Source: Octopus vulgaris (lineage: Eukaryota). Taken from it: a stretch of DNA of 64,000 nucleotides. Shown in pieces: positions 12,220-24,314 of the stretch; within the stretch, counting starts at the first letter, position 1, and each line of letters begins with the position of its first letter. A program made the translations under genes and the position numbers. A model generated the notes under the pieces. That model had not been told where the DNA came from, did no database searches, and saw nothing but the letters and a program-made list of their open reading frames with translations. Location: contig OX597818.1 of NCBI GenBank assembly GCA_951406725.2, positions 135,036,001-135,100,000 on the forward strand, given 5' to 3'.

Positions 12220-13121
12220 TTAGGTCATCCCATAAATAATGTGGGTTTTTTTATACTTCTTTTATTTTTCAAAATTATGATAAACAAAGTTCCTTTTTAA
12301 TCTAAAATATACTCTCCATTTATTTACAATATTCTTCCATCTATCTGGCACCTCTCCCAAAATTCACTTGTCTGTAACGAAGAATACTCCTCCAGTATTT
12401 TCTGACCTCGTCTACAGAATTCATATTTTTTCCATCCAAATGATTTTGAAGACTGCAGAATAAATGATAATCAGATGGGGCAATGTCCAGTGCATATGGT
12501 GGGTGGGGCATTGTTTCCAATTCAAACTGCTCCAGTTTTTGAAACGTTATCTTTGCTGTATGTGGCTGGGCATTAGACTCAGAAAGTTTGTGAGGAACCC
12601 ATTGACACAATTTGCTGACTTTTCTGATGGCACGCAAGTGCTGATGAATGGTTGAATGACCAAATCTGAGCTTCTCTGCTAGTTCCTTAACAGTTACGGA
12701 GGGATTTTGTTCCACCAAAGTTTGCAGGACGTCCTTGTCTACAGATCTTCTGGAATAAGGCTCGTCTTCTAGGTTGTAGTTTCTGGCTCAGAATTTCTGG
12801 AACCACTGTTGACACTGGCTTACACTTATTGTCTGATCCCTATATCCTGCATTAATATTCTTCACACTTTCTGTTGCATTGTTGCTTTTATTGAACTCAT
12901 AAAGCAAAATATGCTGAATATGCTCCTTTGTCACTTCCATTATAGTGTTAAAAAATAACTTAAAATCGAACCGCACTCTTCAAAATTTGCACTAAGAATA
13001 AGGCAAAGTAAAATTACTACCTGCTTTTATAGCAAGTTGATGCAGGTAGTTTATCCCATCCACCTCCAACTTTTAGTCCATGCAATTGAAAACAAAACAC
13101 AATATTTATAGGATGACCCAA
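12220..13121 (-). mobile_element. Mariner transposon, internally deleted transposase pseudogene
   Basis: TA TSD, TIR ttaggtcatcccataaata / tatttataggatgacccaa. Motifs HILLYEF, WVPHKL, NAQPH and HPPYALDIAPSDYHLF; WVPH is joined directly to NAQPH (deletion). Confidence 0.95.
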
Positions 13122-13134
13122 TAACAATGATAAT

Positions 13135-13340
13135 GGTTTCAAATTTTGGCACAAGGCCAACAATGTTAAAAGGAGGGGATAAGTAGATAACAGTGACCCC
13201 AGTATTCTACTGGTACCTATTTTATTGACTCTGAAAAGATGAATGGCAAAGTTGACCTTGGTGGAATTTGAACTCAGAACATAAAGAGTTGGAAGAAATG
13301 CCACTAAGCATTTTGTCCAACACACTAACAATTCTATCAA
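13135..13340 (-). mobile_element. Meta/MESC-core SINE, older subfamily
   Basis: Core gtc(a)actttgcc(a)ttcatc..ataaaat..gtaccag; tail ggccttgtgccaaaatttgaaacc. Confidence 0.75.
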
Positions 13341-14943
13341 CTACTTCTCTGTGGAAATAACATTGCTTCGTAATCGCTATTGCAGTTTTCAAAAATAATA
13401 AAATAAATAAATAGACAAGGCAAAGTGTGTATCCAAAAGATAAACTTAACTGAATGCCAACAACAACAACATAAAGATTGTGGTTTTTTGAAACTCTTTT
13501 AAAACTTAGATAGGAGCCATGGCTACATGGTTAAAAAGTTTGCTTTGCAGCTATGTAGTCCTGGGTTCCCTCTTACTTTGTGCATAACTGTATCCATGTT
13601 TGTGTTTATGAGTTTGTCACACCACTGCTGACTAAAACTAGAGCATGACATTGATAATCATTGTGCTAGAATCTGTCACACTAGATTATCTTAATTATGA
13701 TATATTCTAGCCCTCACCCCACAGATCTAGTCATAAATACTGCATCAACTCAATAATAAACAGCATTTAAGAAAATATTAATTGATCAATTTTGATGTTT
13801 TAAGTGCATTTGCTGAGCTGAGGTTCTCTGAACTTCACTTGTACTGAAGTTCATTCTTCCTTAAAGCAATGTTTATAAAACTTGGCCACCATTTTAATTG
13901 TAAAAAAGTCAACATTGACATATCTAACATAGCAAGTCAAAAAAATTTAACTGAAACTATAGTAGTAATGAAAAGGGAAACATTAATCTTAATCAATAAT
14001 TCTGTCAAAAAAAAAAAAAAAAAACAGAAAAAAGGAAAACAGGCAAAGGAGACAACCCTGGAATTTCAATTAAAATACAGTGAATGAATCTCTGATAATG
14101 GGGTGTCAACTCTGAACATGTTTCAGCTTTATTAAAACTCACTAGTGAAGTATAATGTAGCTATTACTACTAGATTTTAAAATGATTGGGAAAAACATAG
14201 GTTCTCAATGAATGAGTAACTATTTTACATGGGTTTCTGAAACAGTGTTCCTGATTCCTGCAACAATCTGGCTTAGCCTAGCCTAGTGTATCTTAACAGC
14301 AAGGATTTAAAATACGCTGACGGTTTAAATATTTATGCACCATACAAAGAAATGCTTAAAACTGAACATGAAACCACATGACTGGGAAGTGAACTTCTTA
14401 ACCACACAGCCAGGCCTGCACCAAAATTAGATTTTAAAAATTGCCCATCAAGGTCAGTAGTTGTAAAGTTTTTTGGAATTATCAATATAAATTTTCATGT
14501 CAACTATTTATAAACCACTAAATTAAGTTTTGTAAGATACAACAGAAGATAACAAGTGATCTTGTCAATAGGGTATTTGTGACTCATGGGTTCTTATGTT
14601 CAAGGCTTCAGAAGTTAATACAACAGCTAATTCATGCAGTGAAAGGAGTATAGAAATATACACTATTTGCAGCTTACAAATTGTGTGTGTGTGAAAGAGA
14701 GAGAGACAGAGAGAGAGAGAATTGGCTTTGGGATTGAGAATGCACTTGGGTTTCAAAACAAATTGTAGTGCAAAAAACTTTCTTATAAAATTAAATTTAA
14801 AAGAAAGGAAATGCAGGGAGAAAGCTCATTCACAATAAGTTTCATAGCAAAATTAAACATTTTTTGTGTGTATTTTATTGCTATGAAACATTTTGCTGTG
14901 CATTTTCTTTCTCTAAATTTACATCTTATGTTTCATTTACCAT

Positions 14944-15343
14944 TACTCTTTACTCTTTTACTTGTTTCAGTCATTTGACTGCGGCCATGCTGGAGCACCG
15001 CCTTTAATCGAGCAACTTGACCCCGGGACTTATTCTTTGTAAGCCCAGTACTTATTCTATCGGTCTCTTTTGCCAAACTGCTAAGTGACAGGGACATAAA
15101 CACACCAGCATTGATTGTCAAGCAATGCTAGGGGGACAAACACAGACACACAAACACACACACATACACATACATATATACGACGGGCTTCTTTCAGTTT
15201 CCGTCTACCAAATCCACTCACAAGGCTTTGGTCAGCCCGAGGCTATAGTAGAAGACACTTGCCCAAGGTGCCATGCAGTGGGACTGAACCCGGAACCATG
15301 TGGTTGGTTAGCAAGCTACTTACCACACAGCCACTCCTGCACC
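14944..15343 (-). mobile_element. OK-like SINE, full length
   Basis: Reverse complement of 11010-11424. Confidence 0.9.
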
Positions 15344-15991
15344 TATAGCCACTGGAGAAAATAATAATAATTGTTGAAACCAGTGCAGTATTTTAATAAA
15401 TTTTAAGACACAGGTGAATTTTCAACTCCAAAGCCAATTCTCCTATATTCCCAGTTGTGTGGAAGTAAACATTTTTTTCCTATATAATAATCAACTTTCA
15501 ACTTCCATGGGCTGGATTATATGCCAGCAGGGAACATGGACACTAAATTATGATGATTATATATCTATATTTCATGTTATGTTAAGAGGTAATGCACAAT
15601 ACCAGAATTTTTAACAAGAGTGAAATATAACACACTATTCCAAATTGTTGTTAGAGTATCCATGTAAGTGGAGTGAAGAGCAGCTAGTTTGTAGTTGTAT
15701 TAGTTGTAATAATGAAATCAAACCAAGTAGTGATATTTTGCAATTATTTAATACAGATGTTTCAGGTTTATGTAACAGCCAACTCAATGCTCGAAACACA
15801 TATTAACACATTTGTGTCAATTTCTTCATAATTTTGAAATGCTTTACTGAGGGAGGTTTATGTAATAGATCCATTTCCCACTATATATTGTGCAAGTCTG
15901 AAATGTATGGATTAAATGATTTCAAAATATCACTATTTGGTTTGACTTCGTTATTACAACTATATGCATACATACATATAAAACATATATA

Positions 15992-16156
15992 GGTGCGGCA
16001 GTGGCTGTGTGGTAAGTAGCTTGCTTACCAACCACATGGTTCCAGGTTCAGTCCCACTGCGTGGCACTTTGAGCAAGTGTCTTCTACTATAGCCTCGGGC
16101 CGACTAAGGCCTTGTGAGTGGATTTAGTAGACGGAAACTGAAAGAAGCCCGTCGTA

Positions 16157-16187
<31 letters not shown>

Positions 16188-16418
16188 TTGTGTGTGTGTT
16201 TGTGTGTCTGTCTTTGTCCCCCCCCCCCCAACATCGCTTGACAACCGATGCTGGTGTGTTTATGTCCCTGTAACTTAGCGGTTCGGCAAAAGAGACCGAT
16301 AGAATAAGTACTAGGCTTACAAAGAATAAGTCCTGGGGTCGATTTACTCGACTAAAGGCGGTGCTCCAGCATGGCCACAGTCAAATGACTGAAACAAGTA
16401 AAAGAGTAAGAGAGAGTG
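15992..16418 (+). mobile_element. OK-like SINE, full length
   Basis: Same modules as 11010-11424. Confidence 0.9.
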
Positions 16419-16708
16419 TATACCAGCACAGAACATGGACATTAAATGATGAGGTGTATGTGTGTGTGTGTGTAGGAAAATGCATTAATTAATCAGGACA
16501 TATAAAACCCATGTCACTATCAATACCAAACAGGCTTTCTTTAAGACAGCATGTTCACTGTATATGCTTAAATATTCTATTAAAAAAAAGCAATGAAAAT
16601 ACGCTTTAAACAAGTGTGCAGCTGACAAGTGGATATTCAAAAAAAATATATTTGCAGTCATAAGGAGAATCAGAAACAACTTCCATACTTTTTATTTAAC
16701 ATTCATAA

Positions 16709-16928
16709 CCCTTTCATTACCAACCCGGCTGAAACTGGCCCTGACTCTGAGTACAAATGTCTTGTTTTCATAAGTTTTGAATTAAAATCTTCCACCAAGC
16801 CTTAGTCACAATTTATGTCCCTAACACTAGCTGAATGATAACTAAGTTATTTTACTAAATTCTTTGCTTTATTTAAAGTAATTGAAAGAAACACAGAGCA
16901 TCTCAAAATAAATACAGTAACGAAAGGG
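16709..16928. mobile_element. piggyBac-type MITE family 2
   Basis: TIR ccctttcattac / gtaacgaaaggg with ATAA/TTAA flanks; interior differs from family 1. Confidence 0.75.
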
Positions 16929-18577
16929 TTAAATAATGCCCGAAGCTGCTGAAGGACAAACGGAAGAGTGAAAGATTCCTATTTAATAAACCAGTCAGTT
17001 ATCTTCTTCAAATTTCTATTCTTCATCCATCTAGAAGAAACGTAAGTGGTATCATGTGATAAAACAAGAATTAATGTTCTATTTTTGGAATGTGAAAGCT
17101 AAACTGTCTCATCTCTTTATTACTATGATAATTCACTGACATCTCAGCATTGTCTTGAAGTTGTTTCCTACTTTGACAAAGAGTACAAATATTTTTTTGC
17201 TCCTTAATGATCTTAGTGAGCAGGAAGTGAATGTGACCATTATCTTCATAATCCTCCCAACACTGGTCACATTAATAAGGCTGATGTTTAACATCAACAT
17301 TTATACACTAACATATCCAGTTTTATATTTTCTGTTTATAATTTTCCAACTGTATCATTAATTACAGAGAACCAATACAGATCAGCTCCTAATTAATGTT
17401 ACTAATTATCCAAATTCTGATTTATAGGCTGTTCACCAATTTCTTTTGTAACCTACAGGTTGCCAGTTACTGCTGTGACATAAACACTTCCATGTCTTTT
17501 TTTAATTATCACCACATGTTAAGCTTAACATAATTAACTTAGAAAATTTCAAAACATATGAACACAATATTACTGTGATGGCTAATGAAATTATTTCAAA
17601 TTTACTACAGTATCCCAAATAATATCTTACTTAAATTGCTAGTTACTTACAGAACATCAAAAGATTCTTCTAGTAGGGAATTTACAATAAAATTTATTAA
17701 ATACATTAATGGTTCTGATAGATTCTAGACATTTAGAAGAAGGCAAAAATAACCTAAAAGGATTTGAACTCAGAACATAAAAGTAACTAAATATAGTACA
17801 GTATCTAGAGCTATGTGTTTTCACTATTACTTCTTTTACCTGTGGCCCAATGGAGAAATCCTTGAAATGGTCATCTAGAAATAGCTGTGAAATTCCCCTT
17901 AAATCAAACCCTACTGTCCTAAAACGGAAAGACATCTTGTTAAGCCAGCTCTACATAAAGTGTCTGAATAAAAGACATGGTGCCTTTGTTTATGGATCTG
18001 TTTGATATTCAATAAACTAGAAGGCTAAACAACAACAAAAGACCTTTAAAAGAATAAAAGAGTTTTTCAGCAAAAATGCCTGAAATCTTGTAGTTTTACC
18101 AAATATCGAAAAAAAAACCAAAGAATTACTAATGTCTTTTAGTTTCACAAAAGACCAAATTACAAAGAATTAGCAATGTCTTCTGGCTTTGCCAAAGATT
18201 GGGGTAGCCAAGAATTAATGATAACATTATCTATAATTATAATAAGTGGCTTTTACGGTATATATGTAAGTGTGAGTGTTTGTAAACTGTATATACATGT
18301 GAGTGAGTAAGCATGTACATGGTAAGAAAAGGGATAAATGAGAGCAAGAAGAGCAAAGGAGAGAAAGAATGAAAAGAGAAAGAAATAGGAATGAGAGAGC
18401 AGATATCAATTCCTGATAGAGGATGAAAAAAATATACAAAACAGATAGTATCAGTGGGCCAGTGATGACTATTAATAACTATATAGTCCTTATTTTATCT
18501 GTTATCACACACCTTAACTGTTTTTTCTGTTACTTCATCTAATATCACATGTTAACCATGTATGTTATTTTATCCAG

Positions 18578-18681
18578 GGCCCTATCCACTCCCACTGTAC
18601 CCAACAGTGCAGAATTCAAAGGAAACTACTCTGGCAGCTCCACAGGGCCGGCCTATCTATACAAGAAATACATTTGTTTAG
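18578..18681 (+). CDS. Candidate terminal coding exon (G)PYPLPLYPTVQNSKETTLAAPQGRPIYTRNTFV* ending in a class I PDZ-binding motif (T-F-V)
   Basis: Acceptor tatgttattttatccag; GC-richer unique island; protein-like phase-1 frame. The other two frames are also open for over 30 codons, so the frame is uncertain. Confidence 0.35.
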
Positions 18682-18926
18682 ATAATCCAGAAATGAACAC
18701 CAAGCCAGGTGCAGGCAGAAGATATTAACTGCAGAAATGCAAACTGGATGAAAAGTGTAACAGAACAAGAAATATGGTAGGAATGAGAAGATTAAGCATG
18801 AAGCATCTACACAAGAAACAATTTAAATTCTAAATCTAGCTTTTATTTATGTATGGATAGATAGATAGTTTAAGCTTTTTTTATTATTAATAATCTTGAG
18901 TTACTCTAACTTCTGCCAATATTATA

Positions 18927-19326
18927 TCTTTATATATAAAAGAGAAGTTGTGTGTCTGTCTCCTACGATTTAGATTCCTAACTACTCCCACATCTTGCGG
19001 TGCAGTGTAACCAAAAGCGGGTATCTTATAGTCGTGATTCATATCGAGCCCTTCTGGGTATTAGCGCGCGTCTATGATGAGTCTACGATTTTAAAAAAAA
19101 TTTACCATAATTTTTTTCCATTTTAATGCATTTTTTTCGTTATTATATAAGGGAAGTAACTCTCTAAAAATGTCTACGATGAGTCAACGATTTTTAAAAT
19201 AAATTTACCATCATTTTTTTTCCATTTTTAATGCATTTTTTTGCTATTTTTTGGCTATAACTCTCTAAAAATGCTTATATAGTTATTTCCCTTACAAACC
19301 CGAGCAACGCCGGGCGATACTGCTAG
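18927..19326 (+). mobile_element. Non-autonomous Helitron, second copy
   Basis: A|TC...CTAG|T with the same hairpin and internal ~100-bp duplication as 2955-3349. Confidence 0.85.
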
Positions 19327-19949
19327 TAGTTTTATATAAATAAATACCTTGCAGTTAAACAAATGTTTCAATTTTTTTCAATGTAATATTCACTATACTT
19401 TCCTGCTTTGAGTCTTCTCAGGTGTAATTCATGAACATCAAATTTACACACACAAATACACAGATATATTTCCTTGTCACAGTGTAATTCTTAATGAACA
19501 ATTGGACAGATGGACTGAGTTTCATGTTTTACTAATTCTCAAACAAAAGAAATCAGTCAACCAAACTTATGTTTATATATGAAAGGAAAACTGTTGAAAA
19601 AGATGTGGCCATAAACAACAGAAAACCTTTTGATTAGTGAAGGAAGGTGTAACAGTTTGATATATGTCTGTGTATAGTTTCAGATTGCAGTTTGAAGCAT
19701 AGAAAAATATGAACTCTTTTTACAAAGTTGCTCAAATACAATAAAAGAAAATGCTATGTATATATATATATATATAATAGCACATGATACTTAGGGTTAA
19801 AGGCCTTATAGCTGTATTTACATCTAAGGAAACTCATAAAAAAGGCTTATACATACATACATATACACATACATTTATATACATACATATACACATACAC
19901 CCCCCCACACACACATACATTTATATATGTACATACATACATACATACA

Positions 19950-20335
19950 CATCATCATCATCGTTTAACATCCACCTTCCATGCTAGCATGGGTGGGATG
20001 GTTTCACAAAAGCCAGCCAGGCAGAGGCTTGCACCAGATTTCTGTGACTGTTTTGGCAGGATTTTATAGCTGAATGCCATTCCTAACACCAACCACTCAG
20101 CAAATATACATACATACATATCATCATCATTGTTTAACGTCCGTTTTCCATGCTGGCATGGGTTGGACAGTTTGACTGAGGACTGGTAAGCCAGTAGGTT
20201 GCACCATGCTCCAATCTGATCTGGCAAAGTTTCTACAGCTGGATGCCCTTCCTGACACCAACCACTCTGAGAGTGTAGTGGATGCTTTTTATGTGCCACC
20301 GGCACAGGAGCCAGTCAGGCAGCACTGGCATCAAT
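19950..20335 (-). mobile_element. Two tandem RTE LINE 3' tails
   Basis: Each starts (CAT)n-gtttaac(a/g)tcc..ccatgct(a/g)gcatggg; reverse complement of 48900-49084. Confidence 0.8.
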
Positions 20336-20658
20336 CATGTTTGGAGATAAATATATATGAGAGAGAGGGTGGGGGAGAGAAATAAAATGACTATGACATG
20401 GTTATCTGTAACTTAATGCAATAAAGTGTTCCCTGATGATTTGGTGTGGTTTAGCATCTTAAATGCTCTGTGATTTATAACAGTAATACTACTCAGTATA
20501 GAAGTTACTTAACCATGCAGGAAGCAGGCTGGATTATGATAATCTATCTACATGAAGCTCTAAACAAATTAGCAATCTCACATAATGGGTGTTAGTAAAT
20601 GCTGCAAAGCTGTGGTATTTTGTCTAAGGGAGAAGAGATATCATGTTAAAAAACACAA

Positions 20659-20873
20659 CGTATCTCAATGCTAGGCAAAATGAAACCACTCTGGAAGTGA
20701 ATAAGAGCAACAGAGATTGATATTTTGGGGTTATTTTCACTCTTCCGTCTCACATCTTCTCCACTTTCAAAATGACTCACAACAGTCAGCCAGACTCCCA
20801 AGCACAAAATATCAATATCTGCCACTCTCGTTCTCTTCTGGAGCAATTTCATTTCACTTAGCTTTGAGATATG
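20659..20873. other. 69-bp ungapped imperfect inverted repeat (putative dsRNA stem) with a 77-nt loop
   Basis: Hand alignment of 20659-20727 with 20805-20873: 52 Watson-Crick, 9 A:C, 5 G:T and 3 other mismatches on +. Confidence 0.9.
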
Positions 20874-20888
20874 CTGGGTCAGACAACC
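20781..20888 (-). CDS. Candidate 108-nt exon GCLTQHISKLSEMKLLQKRTRVADIDILCLGVWLTV forming one arm of the duplex
   Basis: On minus: aaatttttgcag| ... |gtgagt; length is a multiple of 3; only frame 0 is open. A + strand exon reading also exists. Confidence 0.3.
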
Positions 20889-20980
20889 CTGCAAAAATTT
20901 GAGCTCTGGAAGTTAACGGCAATCAAGACGCCACAAACTGTTTAATTCTATTTCTAATATTTCCACTTCTTTGTCATTAA

Positions 20981-21201
20981 CCTTTTAGTGTTCACATTAT
21001 TCTGCCAAAATTAATCCTTTTTCGTCCTCATTGTTTTGAACTAATCATGCATTATCTTGTAGCTATGAGATTCTGATGAGGTAGCTGTTAATTTTTAAAG
21101 CGATATTGTAGGGTTGGTGTGAGAGACCAGATCTGGTCAGTTTGAACATAAAACAGGTAGAATACTTTGGGCCAGATATGGCCGGTTTAAATGCTAAAGG
21201 G
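20981..21201 (-). mobile_element. piggyBac-type MITE family 1
   Basis: TTAA flanks; reverse complement of 11738-11958. Confidence 0.85.
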
Positions 21202-22007
21202 TTAAACATCATCTTAAATTATGTGTGAGGATTTTTTTAAGTGGTGATCACATATAGAAAGTCGTCAACATTTTCATTATCATCAATAAGACCAATAATT
21301 ATAATTACTATTTTGCCATCCACTGTTCCATGTTTCACTAGGTTAGACATGTATGTAATATAGTAGCAGCTTATCTTGACATTGGTACTCTCTCAACACA
21401 TCTGTTTGACTCAACATCAGTTCTTTTCTTGATAGTTTTTCAACACATGTACTTGATTTATCATTAATACTTCTCCTGATACTCACTCAACACATCCATT
21501 TCTTTATTACCCACAAGGGCTAAACACAGAGGGGACATCAGTAGGTATTAAGTCAATTACATCGACCCTTAACTGGTACTTAATTTATCGACCCTGAAAG
21601 GATGAAAGGCACATCAATTTGGCTTCACATCTTCAGGTCTGATTACACACCACCATTTCTTCAATTTATTTTTTGACTGGTCTTCCTATATTACATGTAC
21701 CTTCTATTATTAGATTGTGACACTTTTCCACACTCTCACCCACCACACAACAAACACACATACATAAGTACATAAGCATGTTGTTTCTGCCTGGGTCACC
21801 AACAATACATTCCCTTCCTCATCTTTGGTCCCAAAAATGATGATTTCGGGTTACACAGCCACTCGCTTGCAGATCGTCCCCATAGCTATCAGTTATTAAA
21901 ATCCCCACTTATCCCCTACTTTCATCAAAATGTCTAATGGCTCTCATTATGCTCCCAACCACCTGACAATTTTATCCAACAGACTTAACATCACTATTTC
22001 AACCACA

Positions 22008-22240
22008 AGGCGGCGAGCTGGCAGAAACGTTAGCACGCCAGGCGAAATGCATTGCCGTATTTCGTCTGTCGTTACGTTCGATGTTCAAATTCCGCTGAGG
22101 TCGACTTTGCCTTTTATCGTTTCGGGGTCGATAAATTAAGTACCAGTTACGCACTGGGGGTCGATGTAATCGACTTAATCCCTTTGTCTGTCCTTGTTTG
22201 TCCCCTCTGTGTTTAGCCCTTTGTGGGTAGTAAAGAAATA
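22008..22240 (+). mobile_element. Meta/MESC-core SINE, young subfamily
   Basis: aggcggcgagctggcagaa head, gttcaaattcc B box, gtcgactttgcctt..ggggtcgataaattaagtaccag core, tail tttagcccc/tttgtgggtagtaaagaaata. Confidence 0.85.
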
Positions 22241-22721
22241 TATTTCAACCACAACTACCTCTGCTTCAACATCACCATTTCAGCCACAACTGCCTCTGGT
22301 GCTAGTGATTTGATGGTGATGGTAGTTGACTACCATCACCATCACTTAAATCACTCGCACCACCTCCATCACTACCACTACAACTACCACCATCACCACC
22401 ACCATCATGTTGTACTCCAGCCATAAACATCCTCAGCAGAATTGCAAGGAGCTGATCTCCCGGGTGATACCCCAGAGTCATTCATTGTAAAAGAAACCTG
22501 CAGTAACCACAGTGTTTATGATAATATCAACATATATAGAATTTTGTCTGCAGAAAAAAATAGTTCCACATACTTGAAGCAAGCTACAGGCTTTCAGTTT
22601 GAATGAGTATGAAGACCTTCAGTCATTACATTATTATGGTGGCATTTTCATCATCTTTTCCTAGTGTTCCTGCATACACAACAGAATTACAACTGATAAA
22701 AAAAAAACAACCCTATATTCC

Positions 22722-22856
22722 ACTCTCAGGACCAGAAAATACTTCAGGTTCAAATAGCTGTTGACTCTCTACAAAGTTCAAATAGAACCCACAGTAGAAT
22801 ACTGCTCCTACATTTGGAATGCTGTTGCTGCTGTGTACACAGACATTCTGGATCTA
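22722..22856 (+). pseudogene. CR1-clade LINE ORF2 C-terminal fragment
   Basis: Translation LRTRKYFRFK*LLTLYKVQIEPTVEYCSYIWNAVAAVYTDILD matches the CR1 LYK.QVRP..EYCS.IW motif; contains an in-frame stop. Confidence 0.75.
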
Positions 22857-23268
22857 TAATGGGAGTACTGATTGCTTCAAGATCTATGAAAGAGCTGTTA
22901 TTACACACACATACATACACATCCTCGAGGCACAATGGAGTACTACTTTCAAACCCAGGATGGCAATATTGTTACACACAAACATCCTGGAATATATCAC
23001 TGAATACTTTTCTAAGGCAGTAGGATTTGATAAGGAGATTTAGTAGCTGTTTCTAGTAGGTTGAGTGACTACTTTGAGGTTCTGTACTTTATAAAGCTCG
23101 GGGCACAATCAGTATCAACTGAGTTTTGACTGTGAAAAGGAAGCTAGCTTTATTTATTTTTATAAACAATTGATTACCAAAGGTCTTACACTAAATGTTT
23201 TGCCAAAAAACTACAGATTTTCCATCATGGCTACTTATAGTTACAACCATAACTTAATTTAAGATGGA

Positions 23269-23649
23269 TGGAAGCACTCTGTTGGTTACGACGACGAGGA
23301 TTCCGGTTGATCCGATCAACGGAACAGCCGGCTCGTGAAATTAACGTGTAAGTGGCTGAGCACTCCACAGACACGTGTACCCTTAACGTAGATCTCGGGG
23401 ATATTCAGCGTGACACAGAGAGTGATAAGGCTGGCCCTTTGAAATACAGGTACAACAGAAACAGGAAGTAAGAGTGAGAGAAAGTCGTGGTGAAAGAGTA
23501 CAGCAGGGATCACCACCATCCCTGCCGGAGCCTCGTGGAGCTTTAGATGTTTTTGCTCAATAAACACTCACAACGCCCGGTCTGGGAATCGAGACCGCGA
23601 TCCTACGACCGCGAGTCCGCTGACCTAACCACTGGGCCATTGCGCCTCC
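23269..23649 (-). mobile_element. OR1-like SINE
   Basis: Reverse complement of 5826-6206. Confidence 0.9.
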
Positions 23650-24268
23650 ACTTTCAAAATGTGAACAGTCGGAAGAAATACTGTAAGGAACTGTGTCCGA
23701 CGTTCTAACATCTGTGCCAGCTTACAGGAACAAACTTAATTTTAAAATGTTCCTGTTAAAAAGATTTCTACATTTATGCCTGAAAGGGAAGTGTTGCTAA
23801 AGTTAGAAAGCTGTTTGCAATATCAAATTTAACACTAAGTTGAAGTGAGGGCAAATCATTATATTATAGTGCCCTTTCTTAATTTGCAGGTAAATTAGGC
23901 AAGTAGTTAATTTTATCTTTGAATTCACTAATTAGCATAGTATTATTGTAGAAGGGGGTTGCTTTGTCAAAGATTTTCTTATAGGAGGCTATATTGGAAA
24001 TCCTTGTATTAATATTATTGATGAGGGCCTTAAAAAAAAAAAAGAAGTGGCAATAAACTTATATTGATCTAAGTTTCTCATTGGCATTCAGAAGGTTTAT
24101 AGAATTTAATGGTTAGCTCTGTTAACATCCAGGAAGTAGCTAACTTAATGGGTAAGATTACTTTTAGGCCAAAATACTAAATGTATAGATAACTTTCTAA
24201 TGTGGGTTCATGTGTACTACTTTTGTAACAGCTAACCCATCATCTCTGTAAAGTTCAAAGTTTATTAT

Positions 24269-24314
<46 letters not shown>

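Noticed and set aside
11991-20888. Joining ...CLGVWLTV to DKERLV... as a tetraspanin-like junction, or TCESAGEFFKR as a nuclear-receptor zinc finger
   Set aside because: No preceding transmembrane helix in the first case and the second Cys is missing in the other; the resemblance is superficial.
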